DNA of 64,000 nucleotides from Marsupella aquatica (taxonomy: Eukaryota; Plantae; Marchantiophyta). Location: NCBI GenBank assembly GCA_973895155.1, contig OZ316898.1, positions 13,047,659 through 13,111,658 of the forward strand, read 5' to 3'. Position 1 is the stretch's first letter; every line of letters starts with the position of its first letter. The translations under genes were made by a program, and so were the position numbers. A model generated the notes under the pieces. That model searched no databases and was not told the DNA's origin. It worked only from the letters and a program-made list of their open reading frames with translations. Below, piece by piece: positions 25,651 to 38,100 of this stretch.

Positions 25651-26847
25651 ATGGAAGGGGAGAGAATGGGGGTGATGACGAGCCTGAGGACTCTACCGGA
25701 CGAGTGGGTGGAAAAAATTGTGCTACGGATGCCATTTCCATGGATTTGGAAAGCTCGATTTCTGTCGAAATCATGGCTGGCGAGATTTTCGCCAATTTCG
25801 TCACTAGATGACGATGAAGAGATGAAGCGCCTTGCAGTATTATTTCAGAGACAAATGGTGGAGAATAACGTGTTCAAGAATTGGCCGTCGTTTTGCCCTA
25901 TAGGTTTTACAGTAGACAACGATCTCATCGGTTACGATCAAGCATCTCACACTTGGCGAAGACTACCATCTTTGTTTCCTATGGATGCTTTCCAGGAGGT
26001 TCCAAGTCTGCAGATAGAGGGAGCCCTCGTCTACGGGATCGCAGATCACGAGGGGCCGAGTCCCTGCCTGAAACTGGTGTATGTGGCCAACATTTTGACT
26101 CACGAGTGGAAAAGACTGCCACATCTCCCTTATGCTTGTCACAATCATGTATGTTCCGTCAAGCTGCTGAGCAATATCTCTGCAGAATCATACAATTTGC
26201 TCGTTGTCTCTTATGACAATTTATTTTACGATCTAGAAGAGACATATCCCGTTCCAAACACAGCTTCTGTGCACTTATACGATTCCAGGTCAGAGACGTG
26301 GACTACTTTAGGTTCGGACATCGTACTAGACTATCTTGAGAACGAGGTTGAAGCTTCTACGGTGTATCTCGATGGAATGCTTTACATCATGATGGACAAC
26401 CTCTTCAACTTCCTGCTGAAATTGAACGTGGGAGACTTCAGTTCTCCCGATGACATTTCAACGCAGCGGCTCGAATTGATATTCGAACGTCGTGAAGTGA
26501 ATCTTAGAATGCATGGCTCCTTCCATACCAAGTTGGTAGCTTGCAATGCGGATCTTCTGGTTTTCTTGATGGAGGACGTTAGTTTTACTGTACGTATAAT
26601 GCAAATTGATCTGGGGACACATGTGCTATCGGAGGTGGCTCGCTGTGAGTCTGCTGCTTTCAAGTTGGGCTTGAGCAACATTTGTCTCAGGGAACTGAAT
26701 TGCTACTTCCTGCAGATGGACATGCACGGTGTAATGCTGGCATATGACAAACGCAGAGATGAGTGGAGTTTCTTCTTTATGCCCAGGCCCTATGATTGGA
26801 ATGACATTACGTTTCACCCTGGCTTGAATCCCTTTATTCGAGTTTAA
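25651..26847 (+). CDS. F-box protein with kelch-like/F-box-associated propeller, single exon, 398 aa
   Basis: F-box LPDEWVEKIVLRMPFPWIWKARFLSKSW; YVANILTHEWKRLPHLP; LYDSRSETW; YLDGMLYI; C-terminal FHPGLNPF. Confidence 0.88.
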   Translation: MEGERMGVMTSLRTLPDEWVEKIVLRMPFPWIWKARFLSKSWLARFSPISSLDDDEEMKRLAVLFQRQMVENNVFKNWPSFCPIGFTVDNDLIGYDQASHTWRRLPSLFPMDAFQEVPSLQIEGALVYGIADHEGPSPCLKLVYVANILTHEWKRLPHLPYACHNHVCSVKLLSNISAESYNLLVVSYDNLFYDLEETYPVPNTASVHLYDSRSETWTTLGSDIVLDYLENEVEASTVYLDGMLYIMMDNLFNFLLKLNVGDFSSPDDISTQRLELIFERREVNLRMHGSFHTKLVACNADLLVFLMEDVSFTVRIMQIDLGTHVLSEVARCESAAFKLGLSNICLRELNCYFLQMDMHGVMLAYDKRRDEWSFFFMPRPYDWNDITFHPGLNPFIRV

Positions 26848-26905
26848 GTTTTCGGTCTATAGGAAGATAGAATATATAGATGTGGACACTCAGGTGAAGA
26901 AAATC

Positions 26906-27018
26906 GAGATCAGCAATGATCCATATCTCGATATGGGAAGGTCTGTAGCACTGTGTTGAGATCAGCAATGATCCATATGTCGATATGGGAAGGCTAGGTC
27001 TGTAGCACTGTGTTGAGT
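26906..27018. repeat. ~52-bp tandem duplication downstream of the F-box gene
   Basis: GAGATCAGCAATGATCCATAT.TCGATATGGGAAGG..TCTGTAGCACTGTGTTGAG occurs twice. Confidence 0.85.
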
Positions 27019-28581
27019 GCACTTTAGTTTTATATCAAATGTGAACGTGAAATTTGATATCTGTTTGTCCAGAAGTCGCGAATGATGCACAGGACAAGCC
27101 TGAAAGACAGTCACTTTGATTCAAATAAAACACGTCTTGAATGGTTACAATTGCATGCAGTTATGCGCAATACATTTTCCGGTCTTTAATATTGTTTTAC
27201 TTTCAATTTTTGATTCACGTCATTGAGAGTGTCTGAGCTTCTATGGCATGGAAATTTGTTTCTCGATGAATTAATTAACTCTCTGATGATCGAGGGACTC
27301 TGCGCACATATGTGTAACCTCTGATGATCGAGGGACTCTGCGCACGTAAGTGTACCGTATAGATGGCTACTAGTCTTTGACGTTGAGGGGTTGCTCAGGA
27401 GCTGGCACTATATTTGAAATGGTTTGGATCCAGCAAATTTAAAGCAATGCATAAAGAGTTTAAATCCCGAGAATGCTAATTTCAAACAGATTGCATGTAG
27501 TATGATCATGCATCCCACAGCTCGTCATCGATAGTATGTTTGAATGATAATTATGCTTCGAAGTTCGAACATTCCTAGAGAAAAAGAAGAATTGTGGAAC
27601 ATTTATCATCGACAGTCCCTTCCTGAGCAAGACGGGATTTTCGGTGGACATCTTAATCTTGTTGACCCGCCTCAACTGGACAAGTAGATCGAGTTTACGA
27701 AATGAGGCAGTTCTTGTTCAGACCTTAGCTAGTAACGAATAGGATTCTAGATTTACAAGACTTGGGCTTGTCGACTGCACTGTAGTTGAGTCCAGGCTAG
27801 ATAGCTTGACCATAATTCGGTGCTAAACAATCGCCCTCATGATAGTAATTAATGTTCTCTCGCGGGCTGCTTATACAAGTGGACCAATACCAGAGGATCA
27901 CTGAAATAAATTCAGAAGGAAGAAAGATATTGATACCAATGGATCACTGGAATAAATTGAGTAGGAAATGAGAGACAAATCAGTGCGTCTCGTTCTCAAC
28001 TTCCCGTTTCTACACCTTGTTCTAAACTTCCTTCCCTTTTTTAGAGGCTCCTAACTGTCCGGATGTTTCGCACCTGGATGTTCTCCGAACGTTCTACAAT
28101 AGATGTTTCCGTCTATTTTTGCCCCAAGCCAAGATCGACCGAGGCAACGTGGAATTTAGTACTGTGTGCTATTATTTTGTTTTCTAATTCAGGACAGTGT
28201 GTTTCTTTTCTGATGAGTTTGCGCCCGCGAGTTGCTTTCATTGAATTCATGGTCTTGATTGTGTGTGTGTCTTTCCGAATTCAGGATCTCCGCGTAGCAA
28301 GAATAACGCTAACCAGGTCCGTGACCAAAGGGGGTTTGGTCACATTAGGCTTAACTTAAAACAGCAAAGGGCAAGTATTAAATATAGACAAACAACGTGA
28401 ATAAAAACAAAAAATGAAGTAAACACAAAAGACAGCATTAAATGTTCTCCTTATCTGGCTTGAATATAAATATTGTACACAATACATTTTATTTTATTTT
28501 GGTCTCTTTAAAAGAAGAGAAATTTCTTGATGATTTTCTTGATGATTTTCTATTCAATTTATGCAAGAGATAACTAATGAC

Positions 28582-28875
28582 CTCGGGAGTTTCATTTTCA
28601 CAAAAATGGCATATCACGTGCACGAAGGATAGGGTCATTTTATTGGTTCTAAGAGAAGACTTAAATTTTTTTGTAGAAGAACAATAGAATCTTTTAAATT
28701 CAATTTGAGACTTATAAGAACATTATGGTCTTTTTAATCCAATTTTTAGAATATTCCAAAAATATTCCAAATTTATAGGGGTTAAAAAATTTAAAAAAAT
28801 CTTGCATTTTAGGGGGTCCGAGGCCTAAAAATGTCGCAGGCGATGGGGAGGTCCCCATATAGTGAGACCCCCGAG
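28582..28875. mobile_element. 294-bp MITE (copy 1) of the P-like family
   Basis: TIRs CTCGGGAGTTTCATT / AGTGAGACCCCCGAG. Flanks CTAATGAC / CCAAGGAC (6/8 match, degenerate 8-bp TSD). Colinear with the copy at 34747-35042. Confidence 0.88.
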
Positions 28876-31800
28876 CCAAGGACAATGTCTCACTATGAGA
28901 CTGCAATTCTTTTGGTCAATAAACATACCAAATGTCAATATCTATACCCTAGACAAAAGCTCAACCTAATAACTAAAACTTGCAACTTACCCCAAATTTC
29001 TTCATCTCCTTGCCAAGGCTAGGCACCTTAACTCCCACACATGTTTTCTTACTTTCTTTTATCCCCAAATCCTAACTCAATTTCCCTTAATTCTATTTCA
29101 TCTTATCCATTTGATGAGGGCCATCTAAGAAAGTTATAATATCCATATTTTTCAAATTTGTTCATCATGTAGGTCCCCAAGCTAGTTAGCAACATCAAAA
29201 ATCTCAGCTCAAACTTGAGAGGACAAAATCATGGCAAGAAAACTTATTTGACGCGCATATCTTAGGATGTTGGCATACCCAAACCGGGACCCAAACTATA
29301 GCTGCATAGAAAGTGCATCATCAAACCCAAAGAGAAAAACTGACAAACTTAAGTACACACTCACTATGATCAGAGCTAATTATCAAATTATGACAACATG
29401 TATCTTTTCTTGTGACTATTCTGCAAATTATAACATATGATCTCATCCATCAATCTAAAATAATAATACATGACAACATGCAACTTTTCTTGTGACTACT
29501 GTGCATTGTTGTTCATCCTTCCCTTTCAATTGTTAGCTAATGATTGATCAAATGCGCCAATCAATCAGATCTAACAATGGAGTCAATCATCGTTGCTTTT
29601 TAAGTACATGCCCCATTAGGGAGTCTCAATCCCCTTGATGCCATAACCCAAGTTAAGGTTCACCCATATGGTACCTCACCGGGGGGTATAAGGTTTGACC
29701 CGACACTTAATGCAGTAGTTGGGGGAAATGGCCCCCTCCATTTCTGCAAATACTGTAAAATGCCGCGCTTCACATAGGAACGTCCATGATACCTTAACTG
29801 AGAGAAAATGTCGGCATTTGAATCATCTACTACTATAATAACGAATCCCCAGTTTTAGTCCTTCGTCCCGTTACAAAAATGAAAAAGGAGGGAACAAAGC
29901 TAAGCCATCAGATATTTTCTAGAATTATTTATGGCTCTTGGATTGAGTGAGATGGAAACCTAAAATTGGCTGTAAGTTATAGTACAAGGTAGATATAATA
30001 TGTCATAGAGTACTTGCATGTGTTACTGTAGTTATTTTGTAGCTTGCGTATAATACTGTTTGACATGGAGCATTAAAGTGTAAGTATATTATTTTATGGT
30101 CTATTAATTTAGAGTACATTTATATGTACATTTGGCATGGGGCATGAAAGTGAAAAGATTTACTTGAGATAATGGTTTTGGTAGGGAGCGAGCACTAAGG
30201 GGAAGAGAGTAGGTTGACATTATATTATTTTGACTTTTGCTCTTAAAAAGGAGATTTAACTCTTTGGTGTCATGGAATGAATGCAATGAATGTCTGTATA
30301 GTCAAGAATGTGTGTACATATAGTGGGGTCGGATGACCGGCTGGTCCGGTCGTCCGGTCAGAGGAGGTAGAGTCTAACACTTCCCTTTGGATATATAGTG
30401 ACAACTATATAGACAACATAGACTATACCTATTATATCATGTTCATAGGAAATACATGATATAAGTACAAGCGAGGTAGACTGCCTCGTTAAAAAACCTT
30501 TATCAACTCTAGCTTAGTAAAAACTCTACCAGTGTAGCAGAGAAAAAATATGAGTGCTAAAGGAAAAAGAGTGCAGCCTAACAGTCCTCGTCTTAATATA
30601 TAAATGTCAATGTTAAGTAAAGTTAGATGCTATAGTAAATCTAGCTTGAACATCTGTCTCAATAGTAGGTCGTCAACATCATGTCATCAGCATCATGTCG
30701 TCAGCATCATCAAGCATCATGTGGAGCAGCAGCCTCCACGGTCATCATGCATCGCACGCTCCGCAGTCCAATCGCCTGGCAGTGTCGGTGGTGAACTGAT
30801 GGCGATAGTGATTTGGTGAAGAGATCCGCACAATTGTCTACACTTGAAATCTGCAAAATGTTGATCTCTTTTCCATGTAACTCGTGGGTGTAGAAAGACT
30901 TCGGAGCTATATGCTTCACGAGATCGCCTTTGACGAATCCTTTCGTGATCTGCTGTATACATGTTGCGTTATCCTCAAAAATGTTAGTAGGCTTTGTTAG
31001 TGGTGGTAGGCCGCATTTGGTGTTGATGTGATTTATAAAGGATCGTAACCAAACGGCTTCACGACTAGCCTCATGTAGAGCTAAAATCTCTGAGTGATTC
31101 GATGAGGTTGCTGTTAGGGTCTGTTTCACACTTTTCCAAGAAAAAGCGGTACCCCCAATAGTGAAGACATATCCGATTTGGGATTTGGCGGTGTCAGTGT
31201 CGGAAAGATATCCGGCATCCGCATATCCTATGAGTTCGTGGTTTGCACCGAATGGGTAAAATAACCCAGTATCAGTGGTGCCACGCAGGTATCTAAATAT
31301 GTGCTTAACTCCGTTCCAATGTGTGGCTGTGGGAGTTGCATTGTGTCTAGCTAGTAAGTTAACTGCAAATGCAATGTCTGGTCGGGTCTGATTTGCTAAA
31401 TACATTAATGCCCCGGGGTCCTCACTTATTTCCTTCCAACCCATCACGCGCGAATAAGTATAGGGTTTTTTAATTCAATTTTGCGGAATACTTAAGAAGT
31501 TTTGTTGAAGAACTTTAGGGGTTGAGAAATACATATTGAAGCTTAGAAGTATAATAGGGGTGCTAAAAATCTCACTTCTTCAATCTAAGTTGTTAGTTTA
31601 AGATAGGGCATTTTAGGAGGGCCATATATGAGGGACACATGTCAATTTTTAATTGGTCCATGTGGCACTTCCTTATGTAAATAGGTTGTAGGGTTTAGGG
31701 GCAAAATGGGGGTTGGGTGGTGGGTTTGAGGGATAATTTTGAATTGTGTGGGCGGGAGATGGATCATGAGAGGGAGGGGACGGTAGGAAGTGTCGGTGCC

Positions 31801-34192
31801 TTTAGGGCCATGCATTACAATACAATGGCCGGGCCCTCAATTCCTCTCAAGAGCCGTTTGAATTGTTTGCCCAATTTGCGAGGCCATCGATCCATCCCCC
31901 GCATCCAATGGTGTAGGGTTGCTTGTCCGTTTAGGGCTAAGTGGGACTGTTGGAGAGGGACGATTGCGCTTTGTGAAGGGTAGCGATTGCACAGGGTGAG
32001 CCGCGGACCACGGGCTGGGTGCTGCCTCGATCTTTTTTGAAGGAAATGCAAAATTTGGGGTGTTGCGGCCGGGGTTGTGGCCATGATCAATGTGAGCTAA
32101 GGTGAGGGTCTGGGTATTGCTTCGAGTTTTTTTGAAGGAAATGCTTACACACAAGATGGGCATTGTGGCTCTATTGATCAAACTTAGGTGGAAGTTGTGA
32201 TTGTGATCAGCTGCGAGTGTGATCAGCTGCGAGTGGGATGAGCTGCGAGTTTGATCAGCTGAAGTCATTTTGGGAGTGAAAGTGATCCGGTGATAGTGGG
32301 CGATAGTGGGCGATCGGGCGATGCGGGTAATCTGTGTTGTCGTGATTACAGTGAAATTGATTGGGCGAGTACTGTGGGCACTGCAAGTGAGATCAAGCAA
32401 GTCTAAGGAGTTGCTTTGCATTATGGGCTGCGGGTGAGCTACTGGGTATTGCGGCTGCGATTGAGAGCTTGGGCAATGTGTTTGTGACAAATGCTGCTGA
32501 TTGAATGAGATCGGGGTGCGTTGTTGCTACATTTGAAGACCTTGTCAGGGCGCATGAGCTGCTACTGCGATTGAGTGAGGTGCTGTTGCGATTGAGTGAT
32601 TGAAGGTCGGGTGATCAGTCTGCTCTTGCTTTGCGATTGAGTCATGATTTGCTGCTGCTGCAACTGAGTGGAGGTTGGGGTGTGCTGCTACGCTGCGCTA
32701 CTGGCACATCCGCAGCAAATCAAGATTGAGTGGAGGTCAGGGTGTGCTGCATTGCTGGCTGCAATCAAGTTGGGTGAAGGTCGATTGAGTTTCTACAGAC
32801 AGTTGAGATTGAGATAAGCTGCGCTGTGTTGCTGGCTGCAAACGAGTTCATAGAAGGTGTGGTCGAGTGGTTTGTTGGCGCTGCACTGTCACTGGCTGCA
32901 ATTGAAGAAGCACAAGTGAGCTGCCTGATCAAGCTCAGCTCAGGTGACTGCATCTGGTGGAGTTCTTGCTCACTTCCCGGCTACTTTGATTTCATTCGCT
33001 TAGACTACACTCTAATCGATGCTTGGTTTATTTGCTAGATAGTGTTGTAATCTTTGTGTCGCTTTTGATCTCGGGTTCCCTTTGGTTGGTCTGGGAGAGT
33101 TCAAGCGAATATCAGCTGAAATGTGCTGTCATGTTTACCTTTCTGATGCGCAAAGTGACAGCCATCTCTGCCCTACGCAACCACTTTGCTTGCAGGGATT
33201 GAGCCCTACATACTGTCAACTTGCTCCTCAATCTTGTTTTGTTTACAAGCCAGCTATTTTGATTTGACTACTCTAGTGCAAGACAATGCAGTGTCCAGTG
33301 CTCTCAAATAATCCATAATATATTTACCTCCCCCTCTTTTGCAAGCAGATTTGTCTGCGGACCTGCTTGCAAGGATTGATTGATGGCTTAACACTCTAGA
33401 TATTGAAGTGAAAAGAAATAGTACTTTTTCCATTATTCAACCGAAGGAAGAATCTAATAAGAATTAGATTACTTGCTGAAAATCAGTCGAGAAACAAAAG
33501 CTTTAACTGACATTCAGTTGGCATTAATTCTGTTGTGTAGCTTGTTCAAGAAGAGGACAGTGTTGCTTGTCTCCCGACTTGTCTAGGATCTTTGTAAGTC
33601 TAGAACCTGGAACCAATTCTTGCAAAGGTATGTTAAGTTCTGGCTCTTGAGTTCACAATGTTATTTCTTGGTTTATGCTCAGTTCTCCATGACACTGTAA
33701 TTGTTTACTGTATGTAAAGCTCTTTTGTATTCCTTCTTCTTCTGTTCAGTTTGGTCTTAGTTATTGGATGTTGCATGGTATATATTCATTTACCTTTCTT
33801 AATTCCTTTATTTATGTATTAAGTCTTGTGTTTGCTCTCGACCAGGGGATGTATTTCCACCGGGAATGAACCTGGCCTTAGTTACACTCCTCGAATTCAG
33901 TGACCTACATTCTGATAAGTTAATATGTTTTGAACTCTTCGTGCAGGATGGATTGGTTTCCAGATTGGTTTAAGGTGTAGGGGAAGCATCTCATAAGCTT
34001 CAGCAATATATACGTTCAGACCCAAAATTTGTGGAGGGAGCAGACAATCAAGGTAACTATGCTTATATTCAGGATGCTCAATTTGTAGTTGCACCAATAA
34101 CTATGAATGTGTTGTTCAATGTTGAATGGATATCAAGCCAGGGTTGAAAATTGGATGCTGAGTAAATGGAGCATTTGTTGTGCAGAGGTAAA

Positions 34193-35150
34193 TTACCATC
34201 AGGCAAGCTGAGATGGCTTTGGATGTGCCACAGATTGACATATTTTCCCATAAGGAGCACCACCGCATGGATCCCCCTTGCTGTTTCTTTTGTGATGAGA
34301 CAGATGATTTTCGTATTTTGTGATGGTCCTTGTAGTAGATATTTTCACTTTGTTGGTGGAGAAGGTATACAGGGGGCCATTTGCACTCCTGTCACATTGC
34401 CTGAAAACAATGACTGGAGGGCACCCTGGGTTTGTCAATTGTGTGCTACCGGCAGAGCTAGATGCTTTGCTTGTGGACTCATTGGCAGATTTGAAAATCC
34501 CACAACAGAAGAATCTCTTGTGCTCCACTGTGCCCACCCTCATTGCTTTTCTCATTACCACCCTGGCTGCCTTAGGGTGCTACTTATGGTTGGGGCACTG
34601 CCTCAGAGGTCTCATCCAACAAGTCCTAAGAACCTAATGTGCCCAAGGCATTTTTGTGACTACTGTAAAGTCTACAAGGATGGGATTAAAGATTTTGTAC
34701 AGTGTCGTAGATGCCCTCATAGTTGGTGTCATGATGAGACCCCTGGCTCGGGGGTTTCACTTCCACAAAAATGACATATCACGTGCGACGAAGGATAGGG
34801 TCATTTTATTGGTTGTAAGGGAAGACTTAAGAATTTTTGTAGAAGAACAATAGGGTCTTTTAAATTCAATTGTGAGACTTATAAGAACATTAGGGCCTTT
34901 TTAATTCAATTTTTGGAATATTCCAAGAATATTCCAACTTTATAGGGGTTAAAAAATAATATTTTTTCTTACATTTTAGGGGGTCCAAGGCCTAAAAACG
35001 TCGCAGGTGATGGGGAGGTCCCCATGTAGTGAGACCCCCGAGACCCCTGGGGGGGTGAATTGGTTCCTGTGCAGCCTCATACCTCTTAGAGGCTATCAGA
35101 ATATTGTTAGAATTGCTTTGGTAAAGGCCTTATATAGCTGAGTAATCACA
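34193..35150 (+). pseudogene. EDM2/NSD-like tandem PHD zinc-finger gene inside the transposon, with a frameshift and a MITE insertion
   Basis: CCFFCDETDDF/(shift)/FCDGPCSRYFH...WVCQLCATGRARCFACG...CAHPHCFSHYHPGCL...MCPRHFCDYC...QCRRCPHSW follows the Cys/His spacing of the EDM2/NSD triple PHD cassette. The frame continues (GGVNWFLCS) after the MITE. Upstream exons at ~33540-34050 are possible but unresolved. Confidence 0.75.
34747..35042. mobile_element. 296-bp MITE (copy 2) of the P-like family
   Basis: TIRs CTCGGGGGTTTCACT / AGTGAGACCCCCGAG (14/15 match). Perfect 8-bp TSD ACCCCTGG (34739-34746, 35043-35050). Confidence 0.95.
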
Positions 35151-38100
35151 TGTGAACAATGATAATTTTGTTTTTGTTGGTGTCCTAATTTGGACATCAA
35201 AAGCTTATTTGAACTATTTTGGAGTAATTATCTCTAATACTCTTCTATTGTTTTGTTCTTTGTGCTATATGGCAGGTTCAGTCTATATGGGAGGTTCTTT
35301 ATCCCTGGGCCCCCAGCCTTTGTAAACTAAAGAGGTATACGTGCGTACACCCCCCTCCTTAGTACCCCTTATTATTTTTGGAAGCCTATAAAAATTTCTC
35401 TTGTTATTCTTAAAAACTTAATTTTGGAGAATAAATCTGCCCCTTTGAGATATTATAATTTCACATTTTACACCATTTATGAAAGCCTTGAAAAGTTATA
35501 AATTCATCATTTGCACACAGTTCTAAAACTGACGGGAGTGTTTTGGAAGGGTTTTGGGTACATACATTTTTGTGTTCGTGACCCTTTAACCCCAAACTTC
35601 AACTTTGGGGCATTTTTGAACCACACGACAGGGTAGTCAGGGTTCAAAAGCTCCAAAGTCCTAAACTACTTTGAATCATAGATGTTGCAAGCATAATTAT
35701 ATGTCATATACACATGTTCCAATAAAGGGTGGTCACAAGGACCAATCCTATTGTGACGCGTGTCACATCCATATTACATCACCTCTTGAAGCATATTAAC
35801 TTGGGCAACATTTATATAAGCCTATATTAGTTAGAAAGGGTTCTTTGAATAAAACCATCCCTTGATATTTCTAAGCCAATTATAAAAATTAATCTCAAAT
35901 CAGATTTTTTGCACCCTTCATCCGTTCGCACGTCCAACCCATTATTAATAATGCTGGGGGCCCAGGGTTCTTTATGTGACTGTGATTGTATTTAGAACCC
36001 TTGATTACTCTCTAACTTGAACAAATTGATTGAAATGGCTACCCAGTTTGTAAAATTACTTCACAAAAAGAGGGATGTGGTGACTGATGGGAAAGATGAA
36101 GAACCTATAGCTGTGTTGGCCTTCAAAGAAGGACAAACTTTAGCTGATTTTCGAAATCGAATTCCTGATTTGGTTGATTTTGATTTTGATTTCTGGGATT
36201 ATAGGCTTCCTGGTCGTATGAAGGTCAAGAGTGAGAAAATGACTGAGCTGTCTGAATTGGATGGAAAAGTTGTTGTCATTGAACAAATTGGATCCTTGCC
36301 TAGTGCTAGGACAGATTTTCCATCAGTTTCTGCTGCTGTCATCCAATCGGTTGCAGTGGACTCTTCCCAAGGTGAACAACTTCAAGATGCTCCCCCTGTG
36401 AGAGCTTCTTTTGAGTCTATTCTCATGTCTAAAGCAGCTGTCAAAGTCTGGAATGATGAATTTATAAGACTAGAGAAGTGAATTCACAAAAATGGGTATA
36501 AAAATCATAATTGGAGAATTCGAACATGGGATGAAGGACAAGATGTGAGAGGCCATCTAGAGTGTCTTGAGTGTAGAGTGATCTATGGGAGGGCAGACAA
36601 TTCCCAAGATAAGAAGTCAATTGCTAACCTATTCAGCAATTTTAAGACCAAGCACCTTGCCTTTGCTAAACACAAAGACAATTACTGCAGGAGAAGGGGC
36701 ATTGCTATGACTGGGGTCAAGCCCTCTGATCTTGCACAGAAGCCTGAGTTTGATTATGAGGGGGCCATAGCAACTGGCCTAGAGATAGTCCAGACTCTGA
36801 ATACTGAGTGTGGAGGTGATGATGAGCTATTTCATGTGCCCCCTATGCCTGGTGTAGCCAATAATGCAAACAAGTGGTTCCTTTATAAGGTTCGTTGTAA
36901 AGTCTGTGGGGCAATCATGGATTTGGTTTGTAAGAAAGGGACTTTGGACCACAACCTAAGGACACATTTGGTCAGTCGGGGTCACTTGGATGTAGTTGAA
37001 GCCAGAGAGAATACAGCTGAACTTGCATTGAGATCTGGAAAGAGGGGCAGACCAAGGAAGCCAGATGAGAGGGATCAACATCCTTCACAGAATTCAATTT
37101 TAAAATTCTTCAAGGAGGATGCTTCCAATGCAAGCAGCAGCTCTGGTACAGGTGGGTCTATAGACATTGATGTGGGCTTGAGTTTGCTTTGTTGGGGAAG
37201 ATGGGATGAATATGTAGAGTGGAAGAATGTGAAGTATGCTGTGAAGGGTATCTTGCATGATCAGTGTGGTGGACATGTATGGGATTTAGATGCTACAGTC
37301 TCTGTTGATGTCTACAATCCTAACACAAGTTCTATTGTACATATAAAAGGACTATTTAGGCATAGAGATTGCTCTAGGTTGTCCTTGTATGGTGGGGGGT
37401 TTTTGAACCTAACTTGCAGTAGATGTCATGTTATAACATTAGAAGATGACTTTCGTGGGCGGGTGCACAGGGAAGCAGAAGCTTTAGCAAAGAGAGGGGA
37501 AAGAAGCACAGAGGGTGGTTTGAATGCACGTTATTTGACACGTCCAGAGTTGACCAAACAGATGCATGGTCTGAATGTCAAGAGAAGAAAGGAGAGATGG
37601 TTGTTGGCACTACAGACTCAGAAAGTGTGTGCCCTTAGTACTAGGAAGAGAAAATTGTAGGAACTATTAGGAGTAGCTGCAGACAGAAAAGATTTGAGAC
37701 TTTTTCTAAGGAGTATTGTCAATGGTCATAGGAATGGTGCATTTGGTGGAAAAGAAGGTCTATGGGATTTCTTGAAGGATGTAGGTAAAACTTTGGAGAG
37801 AAATGCAAGGGGGTTTCGTTACAGTCAGAAAACAAAAGCCATAGCTCAGGCTATGTTTCAATATGGGGGCCGGCAGGTGGCCCATGTTTTTGCAAGGAAC
37901 TTAGCTGGGCCAAGCTTGAAGACACTAAAACGAGATAGAGCAAAATTTGTTCAATTTCGTGCTGGAATTAGGCCAGAAACATTCAAGGAGATGGCTCGGA
38001 TTTTGTCTGCTGCAAAGGAGATGTTGCAAATTCAGGGGGATGTTCCTGTCATGCTTGCAGAGGATGAAACCAGGATCAAGGAAAGCCCAAGGTATGTTTA

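Noticed and set aside
31837-32490. 217-aa minus-strand ORF in the transposon arm
   Set aside because: Non-ATG start, composition driven by repeats, and no motifs.
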